A stretch of DNA of 64,000 nt from Salisapilia sapeloensis CBS 127946 (taxonomy: Eukaryota > Protista > Oomycota). A program made the position numbers and the translations under genes. Shown in pieces: positions 44,883-57,403 of this stretch (position 1 is its first letter; each line of letters begins with the position of its first letter). The stretch spans positions 62,001 to 126,000 of the forward strand of contig JAADVB010000011.1 in NCBI GenBank assembly GCA_023334545.1, given 5' to 3'. The notes under the pieces are model-generated. The model was not told the DNA's origin. It did not search any database and was given only the letters and a program-made list of their open reading frames with translations.

Positions 44883-46593
44883 ATGGAAACCATGGAAGCG
44901 ATATACGTGCATTATAAAGGCAAAACAAGCAAACTGGATGCAATAGCTAGTGGTGCAAGCCTTTACGACTTGCAAAAGCGTGTTGAAGATCAATTGCACG
45001 TCCCAGTAGACACCCAACGGCTATTTCATAATAAGCGAAGAATATCTGCATCCCAATCAACACCACTTGCAGACGTGTGCGACTTGACGCAAGATGTGCA
45101 CTTCCATTTGGTTGCAGGGGCATCCAAGAGGCAAATTGAGCAGATGAACTCAACACAGGAAGAAACACGTCGAGAAGAGCACATTCGGTAGCTACTGGCA
45201 TGCTGACTCCTATCTAGCGTATGAATGACTCATGTTATGTATGTAGAGCAAATCGTAAAGTAGTGAGTCTTGCGGACCGAAATGAAGTCTTTGGGGCTCG
45301 AGAAGCTGTTAAATCCAACTATCGCTTCCACAATATTGAGGTGCAAGTATACTCGATTACTGTAGAAAGCTATTAGACTCATGTTTGTTGTAAACAGCCT
45401 CTAGAAGGATTTTCGGACACGCACAAAGCTCGTGAGATCTTGGAACAATTGGCTAATGACCGTGGTGTCCTTGCTGTTCTTCATAAACACAAGTACATAC
45501 GCTATAAGTTCGCATTGTATCGATATACTAAGCATATACGGGCACAGATGGAGCGTAGGAAGTTTAGCAGAAATGAAGCCGGATGGTAAGGTCGGCGTAG
45601 ACCCAGTCTGCGTTCTAGGACTGAACCAGAACAGCGGTCAGAAGATCCTGCTACGATTACGAACGGATGACCTACAGGGCTTTCGTAAAATCCTCAGCAT
45701 TAAAAAAGTGTTGTACCATGAACTTGCCCACAACGTACGTACATGATCCAGTGTCTTTTAAGCCTATACTAACCGTCGTGTGGAAATAATAGAAATTTTC
45801 AGAGCACAACAACGACTTTTACATGCTCATGAGGCAAGTGGAGAAGGAGGCAAATGAGCTAGATTGGACGCAAGCGTCAGGTCGAGCGCTCGGCGGTGGC
45901 TCTTCTGTCGCCCGCATCCCAGAATCTGGTCCTAAGGCAAGAGACGGACATCGACTTGGCGGTAACAGTAAGCAGCAAAGTCGATTGCTCCAAACTCCTG
46001 CCACAGAGACAGCAAACACCAGAGACCAGGTTGAAAGTGTTGAGTCTATTGATGACGATACCAAGCAAGCAACAAACGACGACAATTCCGTCGCCAACGG
46101 AGCCGAGGATCCTGTCGCAAGTGAAGCCAAGCACTCTATGTCCAATGAAGCCGTCAACGCCGTGTCTAATAAAGCTGTCATCGAGGATGCAACTACCAAT
46201 GTGGTACTAGCGCCGGTTGACATGTCATCTGTACAGGAGGAAGTGATGGATTTTGATGATTTGCCCATTAGCGATCGAGAACGGCGTATCCATACTGCCG
46301 TGGCACAGTTACGTGCTCAGTATGGTAGTCAAGTTGTGAGCAAAGCCGTGCAACTTCTCCATAAGATCGTATCGAACATTTTGGCTCACCCGGGAGACGA
46401 CAAGTTTAAATCGCTACGAAAGTCGACGCGGGTATTCAGTGGAAATCTGGCTATCGTTCCAGCTTGTCTGGAATTCTTGATCGCTTTGGGATTTGAAGAT
46501 CAATCCGATCGATTTGTTCTGCAAAGAGAAGACCCAGCATTGCTTTGGATCGGCCGCTCCTCATTAGAAATGATCTTCGCCGCATCGGACTAA
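44883..46593 (+). CDS. WLM-family (Wss1-like) metalloprotease with N-terminal ubiquitin-like and C-terminal PUB domains, multi-exon
   Basis: UBL (LYDLQKRVEDQLHVPVDTQRLF). WLM core VLGLNQNSGQKILLRLRTDD..VLYHELAHN (HExxH)..HNNDFY. PUB domain AVQLLHKIVSNILAHPGDDKFKSLR..LEFLIALGFE. Confidence 0.9.
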
Positions 46594-47285
46594 TCAGAAC
46601 AATTCCAAAATGAATAGAGAACCAATACTTAGACCAGAGAGAGGAATTACGTATAACATTTTTCTTGTCTTTGCGAATACAAGTAGTCAATTGAATCAGA
46701 ATATAGCGAAGGTTAATAGATAGAAAGGCGAAAGTGGGTGGGTGAGGCCGAAACTGACACGTGGATAGAAGCACGAGTGAGCAGTAGAGTTTAGATCATG
46801 AATCCACGTTAGAATAATAAACGACGTGGAACGAGTGCTTTACTCTACATGAACGTGAACTCGTGAATGATAGTAATTCGTAGATGGTTTATCATCTGGG
46901 TGGCATCCACTAGGAAAAAATCGGACTGTCTTTGATGATCGAGTCCAAGGGGTCATCTAGAAGGTACAAAATGACTCGACTTGACTAAGTACAGATAGTA
47001 CAGTTGATTGAGGATCTTAACGCCCATAGCGAACCAATATGACGGTAGCTATAGCGGTACTTTGTACTTGAGTTGCCAGTTAAGCAATGTCAGACGAGGC
47101 ATCAGTGCCGTAGACGTGGCATGTCAACTTTCCCTCTTTGATTGGATCTCGTCCATTTGTAGCAGCACGCCTGTGCCAAAGCTGTTTATCGTTCTCGCTT
47201 TTGCTTATGTATGGACGAAACCACTTTCGCTTTGACGCAAGCCAAAACCGGCTTCTGACTGACGTGAATTGCCCACTTTTCTAGA

Positions 47286-47301
47286 GCTCATTCAGGAATT
47301 T
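47286..47301 (+). promoter_or_regulatory. Oomycete Inr/FPR-like core promoter element
   Basis: GCTCATTCAGGAATTT resembles the oomycete consensus GCTCATTYYNCAWTTT (three mismatches). It sits about 75-90 nt upstream of the predicted ATG at 47376. Confidence 0.5.
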
Positions 47302-47375
47302 GCGCCAAAGCTACCACAACGCCATCCAAGCATACTACTTCTGTGCAGTCGCATCTCTTCCTACTAAGATAAATA

Positions 47376-49384
47376 ATGGCTCAGTTTCGAGTATGTTACC
47401 GTTCTACATGACGAACACTATACTTGAGCTATTAAAATCTACGTACTAAACCAAATGTCTATAGACATCGAAGGTTACGGATGAAGTAGAGCTTCGAGAC
47501 GATGATACTGCCCAAGCGCCCGAGACGATCATTTCGATGTGGGATCGAGCCATCAAGCGATTTGGAGACAAGGAGGCTCTCCACGTCAAGCGTGGCGAAA
47601 ATTGGTCGGCTATCACTTTTAACGAGTACTACGATCGTTGCCGCGACTTTGCCAAATCGCTCATAAGCGTTGGTCTTAAGCGCTATGACGGTGTCAGTAT
47701 CATCGGCTTCAACTCTCCCGAGTGGCTAGTGGCCGACTATGGATGCATCTTCGCTGGTGGTGTCGCCGCCGGAGTCTACCCCACGAACGGACAGGCTACC
47801 TGTGAATACATTGCTGAGCACTCCGAATCCGCGGTTGCAGTCTGTGATGGGTATCTCCAGCTCAAGAAATACCTTGGCGGTACTTCCAAAATGCCCAACT
47901 TGAAGGCTCTGGTCATCTATAATGAGCCTGTGCCAGAGGACATCAATGTTGACGTGCCTGTCTACACATTTGACCAGTTCATGAAGCTTGGTGCCAACGT
48001 TCCTGACGACGAATTGGAACAGCGTATGCGCTCTCAGAAACCGAACCAATGTTGTGCTATTATCTACACGTCCGGAACGACGGGCGAACCCAAGGGTGCT
48101 ATGCTTCACCATGACAACATGGTCTGGCAGGTGAAGGGTGTGCTTTCGAAGCTAGAGAAGAACGTTGATCACAAAGTTGACAACGGGTGGAGCAATGTCA
48201 GCTACTTGCCCATGTCCCACGTTGCAGCGCAAGTGCTCGACCTCCTTGCTCCGGTCTGCCGTGGTATGCAGATTTGGTTTGCCCAACCTGACGCACTCAA
48301 GGGTACGATTTTAAACACCTTAAAAGAGGTTCGTCCGACACTTTTCATCGGTGTGCCTCGTGTCTGGGAGAAATTTGCAGCCAAACTTCAGGCTATGTCG
48401 AATGAACGGACGGGGACTAAGAAAGCCATTGCCGAATGGGCACAGAAGCTTGGATCCAAAAAGTCTCGTCGTGCTCAATTCGATGGTGATGGAAAGGAGC
48501 CCTTCGGCATGTCCATTGCCGGTAAGCTTGCGCTGCGCAAGGTAAAGGAGGCTATTGGTCTGGACAAGGCCATCACGTGTATTACGGCTGCTGCGCCCAT
48601 TTCCAAGGATGCCATTGATCTCTTCGCGTCGCTCGATATCCCCTTGTACGATCTGTACGGCGCCAGTGAAGCTTCTGGTGCGCAGGCTTTCTGCATACAA
48701 AAGGAGTGGAAGACAGGAAGCATTGGTCGTACGCTTGAAGGCTCCCGTGTGCGGACGGACCCACAGACGAACGAATTGCTCATTTACGGGCGCAACGTCA
48801 TGATGGGGTACCTGAAAAACGAAGAAGGTACGAAAGAAGCCATTGACGACGATGGATGGCTTCACACAGGTGATTGTGCTCGCATTGACGAAGACGGCTT
48901 TATCTCCATCATCGGACGAATTAAAGAACTGATCATTACGGCCGGTGGTGAAAACATTCCTCCACTTCGTATTGAAGCGACAATCTTGGAGGAAATTCCA
49001 CTCCTGTCCGCCGCAATGGTCGTTGGTGATCGTCGAAAGTTCTTGTCGGCACTGTTCACACTACCGTCGAAGCCTGATCCTCAGACTGGTCGCCCGACTA
49101 ACGAGTTGGATGACGGTGCTGTCAAGATCCTTCGATCCATTGGAAGCGACGCAACAACAGTGCAGGAGGCACAAGTGGATGTGAAGGTGAAGGCCTACTT
49201 GGATGAAGGTCTAAAGCGTATCAACCAGCGCGCTATCTCCCATGCCCAACGAGTCAATAAGTTCGCCATCTTGGATCAGGACTTTTCGCTGCCAGGCGGT
49301 GAGTTGACCCCAACGCTCAAGCTCAAGCGTCGGGTGGTCCTCAACAAGTACGCCGACTTGATTGAAGAAATGTACAACGTGTAA
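47376..49384 (+). CDS. Long-chain fatty acyl-CoA ligase, bubblegum (ACSBG) type
   Basis: Micro-exon MAQFR (47376-47390), intron 47391-47464, then in-frame exon. Motifs GVSIIGFNSPEW, AMP-binding YTSGTTGEPKG, SYLPMSHVAAQ, GVPRVWEK, LYGASE, GWLHTGD, GRIKELIITAGGENIPP, ELTPTLKLKR. Confidence 0.93.
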
Positions 49385-49756
49385 GTAGCGTCGTTCGAAG
49401 TTTGATGTTCTCGAACGAGTGAAAGCAAGAGGCTAGTCTCGTTCAATTTTGCATAGATCGTTGACAAGCGATACCAAATACAATCGTAGTTTCCATGATC
49501 CATTTCTCGTACCATCATTTTATCAGACGCGAACTACGTTGCTGTATCTTAAGTTTCCACAGCAGTTATTACTATTCCAGCAAGAAACTCGTGATAGACT
49601 TAAGTGAGAACTATAGCTAATGGTCGCAATTGAAGCTTGAGCAGGAAACATGGAAACATGAAAACCTGGAAACGGCCTCCTTAATTCGTTTCAGTATGCA
49701 TACCTGGGAAGCAGCAAGTCGAGGAATAAAACGACATAAAGCATAATCGCATTGAT

Positions 49757-52700
49757 ATGCCAAAGTCGCCGAAAAAAACGCCCAAAAAGAAGAAGGGAGG
49801 CGAAGAGGCTGAACTAGAAGAAGATGCGTTAGAGGAATGGCTATCTCGTGGATTCAATAAAGAAGATTTTACTTTAGATAAAATGCTGCGTAGGCTCAAC
49901 TACCTCTCATTCTAGCTTACCAGCACTTAAAACTATCTTTTACACAGGTATATGGATGCTCGATGATCAGGCAAATGGAATTGATGAAGATGACGAGGAT
50001 AATGAAGCCTCGTTGGAAGCCAAGCTGGAGCTGATGCAAAGCTACTACTTGCTAAATCCAATCCTGCAACGAGGTAGAGAAAAGAAAAAGCAACTACAAA
50101 ACACGCTTCGTACCGAAGTACTGCATTTACTCTTTATATCAAAAGCCGTTGAGTAAGAATACAATGAGTAGCTTCAAAAAGCCGATAAAGCTTGGACAGC
50201 CTTCAAAGATTATGTCGAGCTACCTCCCTTGAAGCGTCGACGCCTCATTCGTGAGTATGCACAACGGGTGAAGCGAGCAAAAGAGCAAGCGAAACAAGAT
50301 GCAGATCTTAAAAAGCAGCTACAAGAGCAAATGGATGAAGAGTTACGTGCTGAACGTGAGCTCAAGCGGTCATTAAGAAAGAGATACAAGAGCAAATCAT
50401 TGCATTTAAATCGACTACGTGAGCTCAAAGAAATAGCCGATCGTAAAGTTCGTGAGGACGAGTATGAGATGCTAAGACTTCAGAAACAGGCTCGATTAGA
50501 CGAGAAACAAGATTTAAAGGCGAATGCACTACAGAAACAGAACCAAATAAAGATTCGGCAGGAAGTCGAACGTCGACAGCAAAATGATAAGTTTTGGGAA
50601 AAAGAAAAGCAAGTAGCAAGGCGTCATGCTAATGAACAGATTTTTGATGAAACTCGACATCAAGCATTGGAGGCGGATGTTATGGCAGTGAAGGATGAAG
50701 TCCGGCTGATGGGTGAGGGAGAGTCGAACAATGTAGATGACACCCCGAATCGACCACCGAGCTATATGCCTACAGGCATTTTTGGAACGGACTTTACTGC
50801 TGGTGAGTGGAAATCTGCGATAGAAGGTGGACATAAGTCTGGACTAGGTACATCAAATTGCTTCTCAGTAAATGCTTCATCGAGTCTAATTTGTTTATGA
50901 AAGACGAGCACACGATAGGTGTGTTTTCAGGTCGTAGCTTTCGTCCAGAAGTCGAGTCTCTTCGTCACAAAGTGATCGTTGCAGAGTCAAAAGTCACGCA
51001 AGCAAAGCAAGCACTGGACGGAGTTGCGCGTACAAAAGTGTACATTCAAGAGGAGCGTAAAAAAAGAAGCAAAGAAGCAGAGAAACTAAAGAACGAACTC
51101 AATCAAATTGCTGTGCAATACGCGAAAGTGGCGGACAGCTTATCGGGCCCACCTCGACGGGACGCAGAGGAAACCAACAAAGTAGAGTTTCACGAATTAG
51201 CAAGAAGAAGGCAAAAATGCAGACAGTCTTTACGTGACCTAGAAGAGGAGGATTTGGAGCTACAGCGACAAATGGAGAAAGCGAGCTCAAAAGAAACAAG
51301 TGTAATAGCTACATTAGAATCGCGTCAGGTCGAATACTCAAAGTTAGCAAAACGTTTGGAAGACATGGATGGTAATGTGAAGACACTTCCTGTAGTCATG
51401 GGTAAAGGGATCCTTGCTCCCAACCTTCCACACGGCGAGCCTCCGTCAGAGTTAGAGAAGATTACAATGATTCATCAAGATCCAACATCAATGTATCGGC
51501 AGGTAACAATGAGCAGTAAACTAGAGATCTTTAAGGTGCAAGCAGAGCCAGCAAAAAACTATTACAAAGATGTTAAACGAACAAACGTTGCAGCGTGGAA
51601 AGCAAATGAAGAGCGAGATGCATCGAGATATGAATTGGAAGGTGCTGCAACGCGTTTAGCCAATTTACGCAATAGCATAGTCGAGCAGCGGCAAACTAGT
51701 TTACGAGCGGATCTCACACAAGCGATATTACGTTTCCATGTGAATGATCTTTCATTTATAATTTCGAGAACGACGATTTTTAACTATCTGCATAGAATGG
51801 TCCTCACAAGCTCCGCGAGCGCCGAGCTCCTCAGTGTGGTATAAAATCCTGGAAAGACAGTATCAGTCGTACAAGGACGTTCAACATTTGCTTTCCTTCC
51901 AATACCAACATCTTCCACGTTGAGAATGTAATGGAGACAGCTCAACTACGAGGAAGATTGGAGCTACCAAAACTATGTGCATACAAAGTTACTCTGGCGA
52001 CTTCGATCATGCGACTTGATTTGGATACGGGTGCCATGACAAAGATAGATCAGACTAAAGTGAACGGCGTACATTTGGTACATGACATGGTTCTATACAC
52101 CGGTACAAGTGATGATTCTATTTGGAAGCAAGATTTAAAAACAGATATTAATGAGGTATAGCAATAATAAATTTTAAGTGGATAGCATCCAGGTTTTACG
52201 AGAACTAATTTTTGGAACAAAGGCTAGCGATGGATACAGCAAGACGTTTGAATTTCGAGGAGCGCGATTGTATTTTTGTTTTGCTTTTACTCCTCAAAAA
52301 GCAATGCAAAAAGATAAGGAACTGTATTGTCTAGTCGTAGATGATTCATTTTCCTACAAAGAGCTTGTAGAAGACTTTCGATTGGAAGAAGCAAGGACAA
52401 GAGCACTTCAACAAGAGTCGCATATTGTATCGGAAATGGTAAAGACACTACGTGCCCAATTTGCTCGTTCCAACAGTGAGCGATGTGGCAAGCTTATTAA
52501 GGAGCTCGTGAACGTTGAGGAAAGCAAAGCAAAAACTTGTGATTCCAAAGTCTTACATGGCCATCTCCAGCGATTCAAACGATCCGAATATACCAAGTTA
52601 CTACGTGTGGAAATCAAAAAGGAAATTGCTATGCAAATAGATCAAGATATAGCAACAAGAAAGAAGCAATTGGGAAACATAGCCAGTGATGGAAACAAAG

Positions 52701-55700
52701 CTGATAGCACGGCCCACAAGAACCAGAGTATAGACACATCCAGGTACCGTGTCGTCTTCCATAAATAAATAATCAACTAATGTATTCGACTTAGAACGAA
52801 ATACCAGGAAAGGAGGGTCGAGCGCATCCAACCTACTATTCAGCAGGCAGTTGATGCATTGGGGCAGTATTGTACTTTTAAATCTGCTGCAGCGAATGCA
52901 CCTGCAGCACAACCTTCTTTCTTCGCTGAGTGCTCTATAGTAAGTGGTGTGCGACTGGAATGGCGTCAAGGAAGAACTGATTTAAAAGTAGCGCACCAAT
53001 TAATTTCTGTCGCAAGTACCAGTCGAATGAAATCTCAGATGCTGTGGACCTCCTTGGAAAAGTCGAACAGTGTTCTTATATCGAGTGAATTTAATAAGCT
53101 TCTCCAGTTAGAACGATCAAAGAAGCGGCAAGATGAGGCAATTGATGCAGAAAAGCTAGCCCAACTTGCCGAGGTAGAAAACGAACGTGAAGTAGTATTA
53201 AAGCAACACGAGCGAATTGCTCGAAGCAGATTTCTCCACGACATAAACGATCAAACTTATAGACAGCAAGAACTGCATCGACGTCGATGGCTATTCTATA
53301 TGGAAGCTATGCGCCTGACAACGTACAATGAAAGGATCTCATCTCAAATCGATTTCCGAGTGAATCGGATGTTAAAGGCTCTTAAAAGCGATGATTCTAC
53401 CCCAGAGGTAGCTGATCGCGTGACGCAAAAAGTAAAAGAAGATTTCGCAAATCAATACGTCACGGGTAAAATGGCATTTATCAATAAAACGTGGGATCGG
53501 AAGAAACATCGGGCAGCCGAGGACCGTTTACGGCTGAATAATAAGCATCGCGCAGAGCTGAATGCACTGGACCAAAGAGTGTTGGAGATCGAACTCAAGG
53601 CTGACAAGGAGAAGCAAAGGCTACAAAAAGAAAGCCAAGCTCAACTTAAACAAAAACTTCAAATACCTGACTTTGAACGCGCTATTGGTGGAAGGTTTTC
53701 CTGTGAGCATCGCCATGTGCGAGCATGGGGGAACATGTATGGGTCAGGTAGTATATGCCGATCTTGTGGAAAGGAAATGTCAAAGTCTTTTGACGATCCA
53801 GACCATGGTCGTGGTGCTGATCCACAGTTGGACGAAGACGTTCTAGTCCATCGTGCTCAAGCGACGAGTGGTCTAGGCTTCCATTTTCAAAATGCAGGCC
53901 ATTTGAAGCGTGTAGAGGACGAGCGACTTCGCTTGGAGAAAGAGTGGCGAGAAATGGAGCTTTCCGAAACCATGCTGTACGACTGGCACGATGCCAAAGC
54001 CATTGTTGATTTCAACTTCAGACACAACATTGCCCGAAATGATGAAGTTGACCATGTTAGTAGTGCGCATCCGTTGTATACCCGTTATGTTCGCGAAATG
54101 CACCAAGCAGCTTTTAAAGACGATATGCTGTTTTTTGGTCGACTCTATAGCTTCTGCCATCGTATCGAGCGAATTAAGCAAGAGCTTGAAAGCTGCAAAA
54201 TCCAGCTCATCATACAGGTATATAAGCTTTATGTGTTATGCTCCTTGTATACTAAATAGATTAACTTAATCTTCTACATGATGAAAGTAGAAAGACTTTC
54301 TTTGTGCTGTCCAACGAGAAAGCGATATCATCGATACGGTCTTACCAGTAGTCGAGTACGATCGAGCAAGAGCTCAACGACTTGTGCATGAAGATAAAGC
54401 AGCACGCAAAAACCTGAAGATAGCTCGAGAGCAGCTTCCTATCGCTAAAATAGAATACTCCGCCGCAAAGGCTGGCATACAGGGTGTTGAAGAAGATGCG
54501 GAACATGCAGAACGATATGTTCCAGCAATCGTCCAGAGCAGCGAAGAAATGAAAAAGCTACTGGAACGAAGTAAAACGGAGTTAGAATGTGTCAAGACGA
54601 ATATTACCAAGCATACCGAAGCACTTGGTGAAGCTCGGTTGCAGAATGAAAATAACAGTAAGTTGTTGTGTCAGCTGGGCTGCCGAATACCAAATGCCAT
54701 CTTCCAAACACCTTTCGGGATTGCGAAAGTGAACTATTACAGATCAGAAGACACGTGTGTTGTGATGAACTGTTTGGAATGGCAAGCAACTTTTGTCATA
54801 CCCATGGAAGAGCTATTAGCGATCGAAGCAATGCGGCAGGAAGAAGCGCAAATTGCAATGGAGTACGAGGACAAGTTATCCCTTAGCTTTCTTCAGTACG
54901 AGCGAAGAATAGCCGAAGAAACGCGCGTAAGCATGGAGAAAGATGAAAAAGAGATTCGATATTATCGATCGTGGAAAGAGAGCAAAGATGAAGAAGATGC
55001 CGTTGTATTGAAAGCGGTATGCGAAGAAGAGCTGAAAGTGTACTTTCAATATCAAAATGATCCTGAGTTTCGCAAGTCACTACATTGTAAAGCCAAAGAG
55101 AAGGCAAAGGCAGCTCGGAAAGAGGAGTTAGAAGGGAAACCTAAAACGATAAAAGTTCGACTTACCCCAGCTCCACTTGCGATCATGTGGCTGACGAAGA
55201 CATGGGAAAAACAGCTTGTTCTAGACCTCATTAGTGAGCGATGTTCCAGTAAGACGAAAGAAATTCGGGATACATATCGTAGATCTCGCGATGATAAACT
55301 CGCAGCAACCTTGCAGCAAAATTTATATCATGATGTAGTTCACAGTGTTGTCTTAAACCTAGTCATCGAGACCACAGACAAGTACCAAGAGAGTGTGATG
55401 CAATCATTAAGGCTCAGCTCGAGCGCAGCAGTGACATTAAATGGTGGAGAAGACATAACTTATGATCGCAGCATATATTTAGGCCGGTTGTGGATGGCAA
55501 AGAGTAAAGCTGCCCAAATATTGTATACAGCTTGGAAAACCGAACATGATAAGTTGGATGTACTTAGGATGGAAATCCAGCGTAGAGAAGAAGTTGCGCG
55601 GAAGGCAGAAGAGGAACGCCAACGAATTGAAGCAATGCAGAGGGAAATGCAGCGTGAAGAGCGCTATTGTCAAGCGTTTTATCTAGAAGAAATGATGTTT

Positions 55701-57389
55701 ATGATGCGTGAGCGAAAGGCGATGGCCCAAGCGGAAGAGGAAATGCGCTTTTACATCCGGCAACTTGAAATCGAAGCTATGAAAACCAAATACGCTCAGT
55801 TGGTCGACGATCGCAATCGACCGAACAGTAAAATTGCACGGCGACTAGAAATTAAGCATGGTAAAAATGAGCAGCATCGTCTGCATAAAGAGTGGGCTTT
55901 CATGAAAGAAGAAGACGATTTATCATCCGAAGTTCGGGAGTTGGAACGAAAGGAAGCCGAGGAACTAGCACAGCGAGAGCTTCATGAAAGGTACATGGCG
56001 CACCAAGCTGTAAAAGGCCAAATGTCTGCCTCCATGGTAGCATTCGAACTGGATGAGCATTTAAAAGAGATGCAGCGACGGGAAGTTGAAAGGAAGGTCC
56101 GCTTTGAAGAAAAACTTCTACAGGAACGAATGATTGCAACTGTCGAAACATACTTTGCTATTAGTCGAAATGAATTAGCAGTACTCAAGGAAAAAGAAAG
56201 GATGGCCTTTTGGACACGTCAGTTAGAGCCACTGTCAAGCAATGTTGAAAAGATGAATGAAGAGCTCGAGCTTCTCATGAAAGAACGTCAGCACGTTGAA
56301 GAGAATGCGCGAGCAAAGCGAGAGCATGCTACTATCTGTCAGAAACGCTATACGGAAGCTCGTGAAAAGTTGTCTGAAGCAGTGAAGTTGGAGGAGCACT
56401 GCTCTGAGATATACGCAAAGGTGCATAAGACGAACAGTATCACGGACTCCGAAGTACTTCACGGTCGACCGCAGAGATTCCGGACAAAGTATCTTTTAGA
56501 ACAACTTCATGCTCGGTACTTTTCGCTAATAACAGAGTCTATCATCCGACGAGCTATTGCAATTTCGACCGAAAAAGAGAAGACCATGTTGGAAGGTAAA
56601 ATATCGAGTTTATTACGTGAAAGCAGCGTTAAACGAGGACAGCTTCACGTGCTTCAACGAAAACGGCGACGGAGTTACTATATGCGAACGAAGCGATCTG
56701 AGTTGGGCAAGATTATGTTCAGAAGCTCTCAGAGAAAGCTCATGGAGGAAAAGTTTAAGAGGTGGGTGGAAATCTGGTCTACGCGCGTGACAGTGCGAGC
56801 ATCTTTTGACGTCAAATTTGGTCAAGCCATCCAGCGGCAACGCTTGCTGTCCGAAACAGTTCAGGCTTCGGAAGAGCAATGCACAAGGCTCACGGTGCTG
56901 CAAAAACATCACAAGCGGAAGATCCGCTGTAGAATGTGCCAAAGCGTCTACACTGAAGAGCAAAATCATCGCTTCTCATGCACTTACCACCCTGGTACGT
57001 ACGAAATGGCTTGTATCAAGTCGTGTCAAAGCCGACAAGCAGGTAGCTGCGAAAGTAATAAACTGAAGGAGGAGTGCATGATGCATCGCGCAAAGCGCTG
57101 GCTTTGTTGTGATAATACTCAGGAAGGTCGATTTGGCAGTTCCGGATGCCGCTATAGGCACCATCTACCACAACGAGCAGATCCGAGTTTGGAAGAAATG
57201 GTTATTAAGAAGAGTGTAATAGAGCAAGAACGTATGGCGAAGATGGAACAAGAGCTGACACAACTGAAAGAGAGGAATGTAGCTGGTCGACTGAAGTCCA
57301 TCACCAAGACCAGTATCGCTAGTGTCGCAAGAAGTTTGGCAGACAAACGGGCTGTAGCATCCAAGTATCATGTATTAGATAAGAGATAA
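49757..57389 (+). CDS. Giant multi-exon coiled-coil protein (about 2,300+ aa) with Cys/His zinc-binding motifs; unknown function
   Basis: Seven ORF-track fragments and a first exon (MPKSPKKTPKKK..) join in frame through canonical GT-AG introns (ML R|IWML, TE|LQKA, GL G|RSF, FH|NGPH, NE|VLRE, S R|TKY, IQ|KDFL). C-terminal CRMC..CTYHPG..WLCC..GCRYRHH. Confidence 0.72.
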
Positions 57390-57403
57390 CTACCGTAGTA
57401 TCT

